NCBI GenBank assembly: GCA_965279525.1
Contig: CBDIIB010000004.1
Span: forward strand, 64,001-128,000
Reading direction: 5' to 3'
Source: Tagaea sp.
Lineage (GTDB): Bacteria; Pseudomonadota; Alphaproteobacteria; CACIAM-22H2
Length of the DNA stretch: 64,000 nucleotides
Every line of letters begins with the position of its first letter. Position 1 is the first letter of the stretch. A model generated the notes under the pieces. The model made no database searches. It saw nothing but the letters and a program-made list of their open reading frames with translations, and was not told where the DNA came from. The translations under genes were made by a program, and so were the position numbers. Shown piece by piece: positions 22,098-29,481 of this stretch.

Positions 22098-22556
22098 CTA
22101 GCCGGGCAGCTTGCGGCCGGCCATGAACCCGCCGACGAGGGCGAGTGCTGCCAGCTGCATCGGCGAGAGTGACTTCGAGAGCTGGGCCAGCCCGGCCAGC
22201 GCAGGGGCGGCGGATGCCGCACCGTTGCCGGTCAGTGTGTCGATCACGGCTGCAAGGCCGTCGGTCTGGATGGCGTTGCCGGGAGCCGCCTTGGTTCCTT
22301 CTCTCAGATGCTTGCGGCAGCCGACCGCCAGTGCCGCGACCGCCGCGGCACCGACGGCGAACGCAGCGGCAAGGATAATCGCCGCTTCCGGGGCAGTGAA
22401 GCCGTCGAGCAATGCCCGATAGACGGCAAGGCTCACGAACCCCAGGGCGATGGCACCGAAGGCCCACGACGTCGCCACGACCAGAAGCCATGCGGCGCGT
22501 CGTTCGAGCCACCCGTCCATTGCATCGCGGACCGGAAGCAGGAGAGGTGCGAGCAC
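22098..22556 (-). CDS. Membrane protein, YqjE/holin-like partner of DUF883
   Basis: Two TM helices plus C-terminal ALVGGFMAGRK; follows the ElaB-like gene. Confidence 0.65.
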   Translation of the reverse strand: MLAPLLLPVRDAMDGWLERRAAWLLVVATSWAFGAIALGFVSLAVYRALLDGFTAPEAAIILAAAFAVGAAAVAALAVGCRKHLREGTKAAPGNAIQTDGLAAVIDTLTGNGAASAAPALAGLAQLSKSLSPMQLAALALVGGFMAGRKLPG

Positions 22557-22562
22557 TGCCCG

Positions 22563-22877
22563 TCAGCCGCGCGAGCGGGTGACGAGGGCGATCGACATGC
22601 CGATGCCGAACGCGATCAGCACCGCCATCAGCGGATTGTGCTCGATCCCGGCCTCGACCTTGGCGCCGACAGCCTTGACCTGCGTCCGGGCATCTGCGGC
22701 CGTGTCGGAGATCTTGTGTCCGACATCGGAAACGACTTCGGCGACGCGAGATCCTGCGGAGCTTGCCTGATGCTGGATCATGGTGCCGACGGATTCCGCA
22801 AGCTTCCCGACTTCTTCGCGCAGGGCGGCAATGTCGTTCGAGAAGTCACCGATGGGCGGATCGATATGCTTTGTCAT
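22563..22877 (-). CDS. ElaB/YqjD/DUF883-family membrane-anchored stress protein
   Basis: DIAALREEV coiled coil and C-terminal IEHNPLMAVLIAFGIG anchor. Confidence 0.85.
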   Translation of the reverse strand: MTKHIDPPIGDFSNDIAALREEVGKLAESVGTMIQHQASSAGSRVAEVVSDVGHKISDTAADARTQVKAVGAKVEAGIEHNPLMAVLIAFGIGMSIALVTRSRG

Positions 22878-22968
22878 CTGTATTTCCATTCTCGGCAGCT
22901 GTTCGCTGCCGTTGCGGGGTTGAGAGTTGTTGGGGTGGAGCGGTGTGGGAACAATCGCACGTGACAAC

Positions 22969-23424
22969 TCACAAGGATGGAGCGCCGATCGAGATCCATT
23001 GCGATGTCGCGCCGTCGAAGCGGACGGCGTCGGCATTCTGGAGGGACTGCCGCGATGCCCGGATGACGAGGAGGTTGCTGTTGCGCCGGTCGGCGATCTC
23101 GACGGAATCGATCGGGATCTCGATATTCTTGTCGCCCGTACCGAGTGTCGCTCCGACGCCGACGATCAGGCCCGTGATCCGGCCGGTGACCGGCGACATG
23201 ACGACGTCGCTGACCCGGCCGATGACGATATTGCCCGTGCCATGGACATCGCGATTGAACCAGTCCAACGGTGGTGTTGCATGGATCAATTCTCCGGTCG
23301 GGAGCGCAGGACGCTGAGGCGACCGGACTTCGGTTCGCGGCGCCCATGCCGTGCGGTCAGCCGTCGCGATGTCGTCCGTGACGAGGAACACGAGGGCGAA
23401 TGCCAGGATCGTTGCCGTCTTCAT
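22969..23424 (-). CDS. Exported PRC-barrel domain protein
   Basis: Signal-like N-terminus; IGRVSDVV..LIVGVGATLGTGDKNIEIP. Confidence 0.75.
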   Translation of the reverse strand: MKTATILAFALVFLVTDDIATADRTAWAPRTEVRSPQRPALPTGELIHATPPLDWFNRDVHGTGNIVIGRVSDVVMSPVTGRITGLIVGVGATLGTGDKNIEIPIDSVEIADRRNSNLLVIRASRQSLQNADAVRFDGATSQWISIGAPSL

Positions 23425-23470
23425 CGACTTGCGCTCCCCCGGTTTCCGGACAGGATCGAAGCATAGGCCG

Positions 23471-24100
23471 CTAGCGGACCGCTGCGGCAGCCTCGGAAAG
23501 TACCCTATCGGCTTCGAGTGGCGGACCGACTCGTGACAAGGCATCGACCGCATGCACGTCGATGCTCGCGGGAATCGCGGAACGAAGGACGGTCCGCGCG
23601 CGTGCGATCTCGAGTCCGTCGCCATGTGCCATGACAAGGCATCCGTTGGCGTTGACTGCGAACTCGTAACGCACGACGTGTTCTCCCGGAATTCCGATGC
23701 CGCTCAGCACGGTGCCCAGCCGGGCCATCGATGCGGCGGCTCCGTCGGCGAAGTCCGTCGCCCGCCTGGCGAGATACCCCAGTGCCACGACCGGGGTGGA
23801 TGGTTCGGCGGGCGCGACATTTGCGTCGAGAAGCGTGCTTTCTATCTCACTCCAGAATGCGGTCCGATTACCAGCGTGGCGGGCCGGAGCCGCACCATTT
23901 GCAGGAGAAAGACCAGGTCCTCGCCGGGGATACCCTTTGCCGACGATGCTAAGGCTCCCCGTTCCGAAGCCGACATCGATCAGTCGCATGATGGCCGGCC
24001 CGGCTTCACGATGATCGGCAAAGATGGCGACGACGATGTCGGCGATCCTGATGGACTGGGTCGCGAGTTGGGGCGAAGCAGGGCGGCGTCGATGGGGCAC
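23471..24100 (-). CDS. General stress protein-like (DUF1269/YflT-like), diverged
   Basis: VVAIFADH..LSIVGKGY and GIGIP.EHVVRYE..V..G..LVMAHG motifs. Confidence 0.65.
   Translation of the reverse strand: MPHRRRPASPQLATQSIRIADIVVAIFADHREAGPAIMRLIDVGFGTGSLSIVGKGYPRRGPGLSPANGAAPARHAGNRTAFWSEIESTLLDANVAPAEPSTPVVALGYLARRATDFADGAAASMARLGTVLSGIGIPGEHVVRYEFAVNANGCLVMAHGDGLEIARARTVLRSAIPASIDVHAVDALSRVGPPLEADRVLSEAAAAVR
23493..23507 (-). promoter_or_regulatory. FixJ-like box (TAGGGTACTTTCCGA)
   Basis: About 70 bp upstream of the PRC-barrel gene start at 23424. Confidence 0.6.
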
Positions 24101-24177
24101 GTCATGTGTCTTTCGTTCGGGGAATTGTCCGACTGATCCTTAAAACAATGACAGCCACTGGAGGGTTGGCGGCAGGG

Positions 24178-24192
24178 TCGGAAAATACCTAC
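24178..24192 (-). promoter_or_regulatory. FixJ-like box (GTAGGTATTTTCCGA)
   Basis: About 78 bp upstream of the general stress protein gene. Confidence 0.6.
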
Positions 24193-24451
24193 GCGCGGAC
24201 CGGGTACTCAGGCCGGAGATATCCGCTGCAATTCGAGGGATTTGACGCACAGCGACTCATGCGTGTCTGTGATGCCGGTTGCGGCGCCACGACTGGAAAG
24301 CCGCGTTCGTCCGATGGAGCTCGCTCGAAGGATCGAGTCATTCGAAAGCAGGCGTGTCGTGCCGCCGCCCGCGCGATGTCGTCGGGTTTTCGGATTCACG
24401 GAACGGGCAATTTTGTGTCGCGTTCGTGCAGGAGCGTTCGGGTACTTACCT

Positions 24452-24466
24452 TCGGAAAGTACTCAG
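24452..24466 (-). promoter_or_regulatory. FixJ-like box (CTGAGTACTTTCCGA)
   Basis: 14/15 identical to the box at 28968; lies in the divergent intergenic region upstream of the hybrid kinase. Confidence 0.6.
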
Positions 24467-24572
24467 TCAGATTCGGCGAATATGCGCGTCAATTTCGAAA
24501 CGTGTCGTCTGTATCCGTGGTAGCCTCGCTACTCGAACGGGTATCGGCCGCGACATCAAAGAAAGAACCAGA

Positions 24573-27500
24573 ATGCGCAATGGCTCGTCCCCGGCAGGCA
24601 AGAAAGCGGATGCGGATGCGAACGCAAGGAAGCGTTCGAAGATCATCCCGCACAACACGTCTTCCCATACGACGATCGTCGGAATCGGTGCGTCGGCTGG
24701 CGGACTCGATGCCTGCCGGAAGTTCGTCGGTGCCGTACCGGCGAAAAGCCAGATGGCGTTCATTCTCATACAGCATCTCGAGCCCACACATGAAAGCATG
24801 ATGGTCGATCTGCTTTCCGACCATACCTCGCTCGTCGTTCATCAGGCCATCGACGGCGCGGAAATCGAGCCCAACACCCTCTATGTGATTCCGCCGGGGA
24901 CGTATCTTTCGATCGTGCGGGACAGGTTGCAGGTGTCGCCGCCGGACGCCCGCCACGGCGCGCGCCTTCCGTTCGACTTCCTTCTCCACAGCATGGCTGA
25001 CCAACTCGGCGCGCGTGCGATCTGCGTCGTCCTTTCGGGAACCGGGGCGGATGGCAGCTTGGGCCTGCGTGCCGTCAAGGCGGCCGGCGGGCTCGTCGTG
25101 GCACAGGATCCCGACGAAGCGGGATATGGCGGCATGCCCCGAAGCGCCATCATGACCGGTGCCGTCGATCTGGTGCTTCCCGTCGCGAAGATCCCGCAGG
25201 CTCTCATCGACAAAGGCAACATGCGTGTCTCCCGGGGCGTCCGGACAGGCATGCGTCCGGCCACGGTCGGGCCGGACGATGTCGGCGAGGTCGTCGAGAT
25301 CCTGCGGACGATGACCACGCACGACTTCTCGCTCTACAAGACGGGCACGTTGCGTCGACGGATCGAGCGGCGCATGGCGATGGCACCCGTGGGTCCGGTA
25401 AACCTGCCGAAGTATCTCGAGATGCTCCGATCCGATGCGAGCGAGCGCGACATCCTCGCGAACGACCTGCTCATCAACGTCACCCAGTTTTTCCGCGATC
25501 CGGAAGTTTTCGACCTGCTGGCCAAGAATGTCGTTCCCGATCTCCTGCATGCGCACAAGTCCGGCCAGACCCTGCGCGTATGGATCGCAGGCTGCAGCAC
25601 GGGCGAGGAGGCATACTCTCTCGCGATGGTCTTCCGGGACGCGATCGCGGCGGCGCAAGCCAACATCAAGATCCAGATATTCGCATCGGATGTCGATTCC
25701 GGCGCGATCGCCCATGCACGGGAGGGGCTGTATTCCGACACGATCGAATCCGACGTAAGCGCCGACCGGCTTTCGCGCTTCTTCACCAAGGAAGATGACG
25801 GCTACAGGGTGCTGCCCGACCTCAGGTCGATGGTTGTCTTCACGGTCCAGGACCTGCTCGCGGACCCGCCGTTCTCGCGGCTCGATTTCGTATCGTGCCG
25901 GAACCTGCTGATCTATCTGAGCCCGGAGGCGCAGGCGAAGGTGATCGCGCTGTTCAACTTCGCCCTGGTCAAGGGTGGCATCCTCCTGCTGGGCGGTGCG
26001 GAGACCGTGCGCAACCCCGACGCGCGGTTCGAGGAGATATCAAAGACCGCCCGCATTTACCGGCATGTCGGCAATCGCGACGAACCCGGGATGAGTGCGG
26101 CTTCCGTCTTCTCGGAGAGCATCCGTGCTCCGGTCCGTCCGAAGGTCGGTCAGGCCCCGTCGCGGCAGTCGATGCTTGCCGAACTTTGCCGGCGACTGGT
26201 GCTGGATAGCTTTGCGCCGGCCGCCGTGCTCATCAACCGCAACCACGATTGCCTGTTCTCGCTCGGCCCCGTCGACCGTTATCTTCGTCTGGCTCAGGGA
26301 CCACCCACGCACGATCTGCTTTCGATGTTCCGGGAGGGGACGCGGGTCGTCCTCCGGGCGGCGATCGAGCGGACGTCACGGGAGAATATCCGCGTCGTGG
26401 TGCCGGGCGGCCGGATCGAAAGGGATGGTGTCGAGACCGCATTCAGCATTTCGGCGCAGTCCGTGGTCAGCGAAGGAGAGCAGCTTTTCCTGATCTGCTT
26501 CATCGACGCGCCGAAGAGCGCGCAGAAGCGGATGCCGACTGCGACGGAGGAGAACGGGTCGCGGACCGCCGAGCTGGAGCACGAACTCGAGTCGACCCGT
26601 CTCGAACTCCAGGGTGCGATCCGCAATCTCGAGATCTCGACGGAAGACCAGCGGGCGATCAATGAAGAAGCGCTGTCGGTCAACGAAGAATACCAGTCGA
26701 CCAACGAGGAGCTCTTGACCTCGAAAGAGGAACTCCAGTCGCTCAACGAGGAACTTATCGCGCTGAACGGGCAGCTGCAGGAGACGCTCGAACGCCAGAG
26801 GACGACATCGAGCGATCTGAAGAACGTTCTCTACAGCACCGACGTCGCGACGATCTTCCTCGATCGGGACTTGAATATCCGCCTCTTCACGCCGGCGACG
26901 CGCTCGCTGTTCAACGTCATCCCGGGCGACGTAGGGCGGCCGCTGGCCGACCTGCAGTCGCTCGCGTCGGATTCGAACCTTATGGCGGAAGCACAGTCGG
27001 TGCTGGAAAATCAGGTGCCCGCCGAGCGGGAAGTCGAAACGGCGAAGCGCGAATGGTTCGTGCGCAGGATCGTGCCCTATCGGTCGCACGACGACTCGGT
27101 TCTGGGCGTCGTCATAACGTTCAACAACGTCACCGACCGCAAGAATATCGCCCTGGCACTTGAAGCGGCGAAGCATCAGGCCGAGCAGGCGAACCTCGCG
27201 AAGTCGCGTTTTCTCGCCGCCGCGAGCCACGATCTGCGCCAGCCGCTGCAGACGCTTGCACTCGTCCAGGGCCTCCTCGCCAAGACCGTCGACGCGACGA
27301 AAGTCCAGAAGCTCGTGGTCCGCCTCGACGAGACACTCGGCGCGATGTCGGGGATGCTGAACACGCTGCTCGACATCAACCAGATCGAATCGGGCATCGT
27401 GCAGGCGGAGCTCACGAGCTTTCCGCTCGCGGAAATGCTTGCCCGGCTGAGGGACGAGTTCACCTACTATTCGGAAGCGCAGGACGTCTCGCTCCGGTTC

Positions 27501-28538
27501 GTTCCGTGCAGTCTTTCGGTTTCCAGCGATCGGTACCTGCTCGAGCAGATACTCCGCAATCTTCTGTCCAACGCGCTCAAGTATGCGAAAGGCGGCAAGG
27601 TTCTGGTCGGGTGCCGCCGAAGGGCCGGGAAGGTCGTGATCGAGGTCTGCGACAGCGGAATCGGCATTCCCGAATCCGAACTCGATGCGATTTTCGAGGA
27701 ATACCACCAGGTCGGCAACGTCGCCCGCGAGCGCAATCGGGGGCTGGGCCTCGGTCTGTCGATCGTCAGGCGCCTCGGAATTCTTCTGGGACACAAGATC
27801 GCCGTCCGGTCGAAGCTCGGACATGGATCGAAGTTCTCGATCGAGATTCCGGACCGTGTCGCCGTAACGCCTGCGACGCCGGAAGCATTGCGCGGCAAGC
27901 TCGACGGCGGTGCAACCCTCAAGCGGGCCGGAACGATCCTCGTCGTGGAGGACGACCCGGAAGTCCGCGAACTGATCGAGATGCTGCTCGTCGACGAGGG
28001 GCACCGTGTCGTCGCGGCACCGGACGGTATCGCCGCACTTGAACTCGTCCGGCGCGGAACGGTGCGGCCAGATCTGGTCCTGACCGACTACAATCTGCCC
28101 AACGAGGTCGACGGGCTGCAGGTCGTGATGCAGGTGCGCGAGAAGATCCAGAGACTGGTTCCGGCGGTCATCCTGACCGGGGACGTCACGACCGAGACGT
28201 TGCGCAAGATTTCGAGCCAGAACTGCGTCCATCTCGGCAAGCCGATCAAGGCGGCCGAGCTATCGGAGCTGCTCCAGCGTTTGTTGCCTGCCCGAAGACC
28301 TTCCGAGCCTTCCGTCAATCCGCAGGCAAAGGCGGGCGGAGGCCCGGACAGCATCGTGATCCACGTCGTCGACGACGACGATGGCGTGCGCGATGCGCTC
28401 TGCGACGTTCTCGAAGGGAACGGGCATGTCGTCCATCGCTATGCGACGGGCGAGACGTTCCTTGCCGAATACCGGCCGGCCGGGCGGGCAGGGATGCCTG
28501 CTGGTCGACGCCTATCTGCCGGGCATGAACGGTCTTGA
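24573..28538 (+). CDS. CheB methylesterase-CheR methyltransferase-PAS-histidine kinase-REC hybrid (frameshifted within its second REC domain)
   Basis: GASAGG/QH/GADG CheB triad, GCSTGEEAYS and CRNLLIY CheR motifs, SHDLRQP H-box, GLGLGL G2 box, VLTDYNLP REC, second REC start IHVVDDD. Confidence 0.92.
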   Translation: MRNGSSPAGKKADADANARKRSKIIPHNTSSHTTIVGIGASAGGLDACRKFVGAVPAKSQMAFILIQHLEPTHESMMVDLLSDHTSLVVHQAIDGAEIEPNTLYVIPPGTYLSIVRDRLQVSPPDARHGARLPFDFLLHSMADQLGARAICVVLSGTGADGSLGLRAVKAAGGLVVAQDPDEAGYGGMPRSAIMTGAVDLVLPVAKIPQALIDKGNMRVSRGVRTGMRPATVGPDDVGEVVEILRTMTTHDFSLYKTGTLRRRIERRMAMAPVGPVNLPKYLEMLRSDASERDILANDLLINVTQFFRDPEVFDLLAKNVVPDLLHAHKSGQTLRVWIAGCSTGEEAYSLAMVFRDAIAAAQANIKIQIFASDVDSGAIAHAREGLYSDTIESDVSADRLSRFFTKEDDGYRVLPDLRSMVVFTVQDLLADPPFSRLDFVSCRNLLIYLSPEAQAKVIALFNFALVKGGILLLGGAETVRNPDARFEEISKTARIYRHVGNRDEPGMSAASVFSESIRAPVRPKVGQAPSRQSMLAELCRRLVLDSFAPAAVLINRNHDCLFSLGPVDRYLRLAQGPPTHDLLSMFREGTRVVLRAAIERTSRENIRVVVPGGRIERDGVETAFSISAQSVVSEGEQLFLICFIDAPKSAQKRMPTATEENGSRTAELEHELESTRLELQGAIRNLEISTEDQRAINEEALSVNEEYQSTNEELLTSKEELQSLNEELIALNGQLQETLERQRTTSSDLKNVLYSTDVATIFLDRDLNIRLFTPATRSLFNVIPGDVGRPLADLQSLASDSNLMAEAQSVLENQVPAEREVETAKREWFVRRIVPYRSHDDSVLGVVITFNNVTDRKNIALALEAAKHQAEQANLAKSRFLAAASHDLRQPLQTLALVQGLLAKTVDATKVQKLVVRLDETLGAMSGMLNTLLDINQIESGIVQAELTSFPLAEMLARLRDEFTYYSEAQDVSLRFVPCSLSVSSDRYLLEQILRNLLSNALKYAKGGKVLVGCRRRAGKVVIEVCDSGIGIPESELDAIFEEYHQVGNVARERNRGLGLGLSIVRRLGILLGHKIAVRSKLGHGSKFSIEIPDRVAVTPATPEALRGKLDGGATLKRAGTILVVEDDPEVRELIEMLLVDEGHRVVAAPDGIAALELVRRGTVRPDLVLTDYNLPNEVDGLQVVMQVREKIQRLVPAVILTGDVTTETLRKISSQNCVHLGKPIKAAELSELLQRLLPARRPSEPSVNPQAKAGGGPDSIVIHVVDDDDGVRDALCDVLEGNGHVVHRYATGETFLAEYRPAGRAGMPAGRRLSAGHERS
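28472..28483. repeat. (CCGG)3 tandem repeat at the frameshift site
   Basis: ACCGGCCGGCCGGGCGGGCAG; deleting one CCGG gives EYRPGGQGCLLVDAYLPG. Confidence 0.85.
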
Positions 28539-28971
28539 ACTTCTGCTGCATCTGCGGTCGATCGGCGATCCCCTGCCGTCCATCATGATCACGGGCAGCG
28601 GCGACGTGTCGATGGCCGTCGACGCGATGAAGGCCGGGGCCCTCGATTTCATCGAGAAGCCGATCGGTGCAAGGGAGCTATCGGACTGCGTCTCGCGCGC
28701 GCTCGATCTTTCGAAGAACTCCGGAATGCTGGCGGCGTGGAAGGCCAAGGCGGCCAAGCAGTTGTCCGGCCTCAGCGCCCGCCAGCGCCAGATCATGGAG
28801 ATGGTGCTTGCCGGACACCCGAGCAAGAACATCGCTGCCGATCTCGGCCTGAGCCAGCGCACGGTCGAGAATCACCGGGCCGCGATCATGCGCAAGACTG
28901 GCGCCAAGTCGTTGCCGGCATTGGCGCGGCTGGCGCTTGCCGCCGTCCACGGCGGCGCCGAAACCCCCTGA
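28484..28971 (+). pseudogene. Out-of-frame C-terminus of the hybrid: rest of REC2 plus FixJ/LuxR HTH
   Basis: CLLVDAYLPG, AMKAGALDFIEKP and LSARQRQIM..GHPSKNIAADLGLSQRTVENHRA, all in the +1 frame. Confidence 0.85.
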
Positions 28972-28982
28972 GTAGTTTCCGA
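28968..28982 (+). promoter_or_regulatory. FixJ-like box (CTGAGTAGTTTCCGA) upstream of PRC-barrel-pgaABCD
   Basis: Overlaps the hybrid's stop codon, about 105 bp upstream of ATG 29089. Confidence 0.62.
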
Positions 28983-29088
28983 AGCTTCCGACGGGTTGCG
29001 GGCACCCTCTAAGGTGCCGACATGTCTGGATTGTCTTCGGCGGGCGCCCGCCTGCCGACACGATCGCAGGAAGAGGGTCCACCCACGC

Positions 29089-29481
29089 ATGAAACGGTCA
29101 TCGGCAGCTGCCGCGATAGCATTCGCATGTTCGGTTTTTCTCGCCGGTCCGGCGTTCGCCCAGGGAGCGCCACAGGTCATCCTGATCGAGCGCGTCGACG
29201 TCCAGAAAATGTCCGCGGGGTACCGTGCGACGAAGATCGTCGGCAGTTCGGTCGTCAATGAGGCGAACGACAAGATCGGCGAGATCGAGGACCTTCTCGT
29301 CCAGGCGAGCGACAGGGTCCTCTACGCGGTCCTTTCGGTCGGCGGCTTCATCGGGATCGGCGAGCGGCTGGTCGTCGTGCCGTTCCAGGGCCTGCGGATC
29401 ACCGACGACAGGATCATGCTCCCGGGCGGCACCAAGGCGGCCCTGCTCGAACTCGCAGAATTCAAATATGCGGTCAAGTGA
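29089..29481 (+). CDS. Exported PRC-barrel domain protein
   Basis: Signal peptide; YRATKIVG..KIGEIEDL..AVLSVGGFIGIGERLVVVP. Confidence 0.9.
   Translation: MKRSSAAAAIAFACSVFLAGPAFAQGAPQVILIERVDVQKMSAGYRATKIVGSSVVNEANDKIGEIEDLLVQASDRVLYAVLSVGGFIGIGERLVVVPFQGLRITDDRIMLPGGTKAALLELAEFKYAVK

Noticed and set aside
24190-24399. Small minus-strand ORFs (50-63 aa) downstream of the 24452 box
   Set aside because: No convincing RBS, composition or motif; cannot be supported.
24450-28984. 16/17-bp inverted repeats flanking the hybrid kinase gene, read as transposon ends
   Set aside because: No transposase or evident target duplication, and the same motif recurs at three other promoters, so operator sites are more likely.
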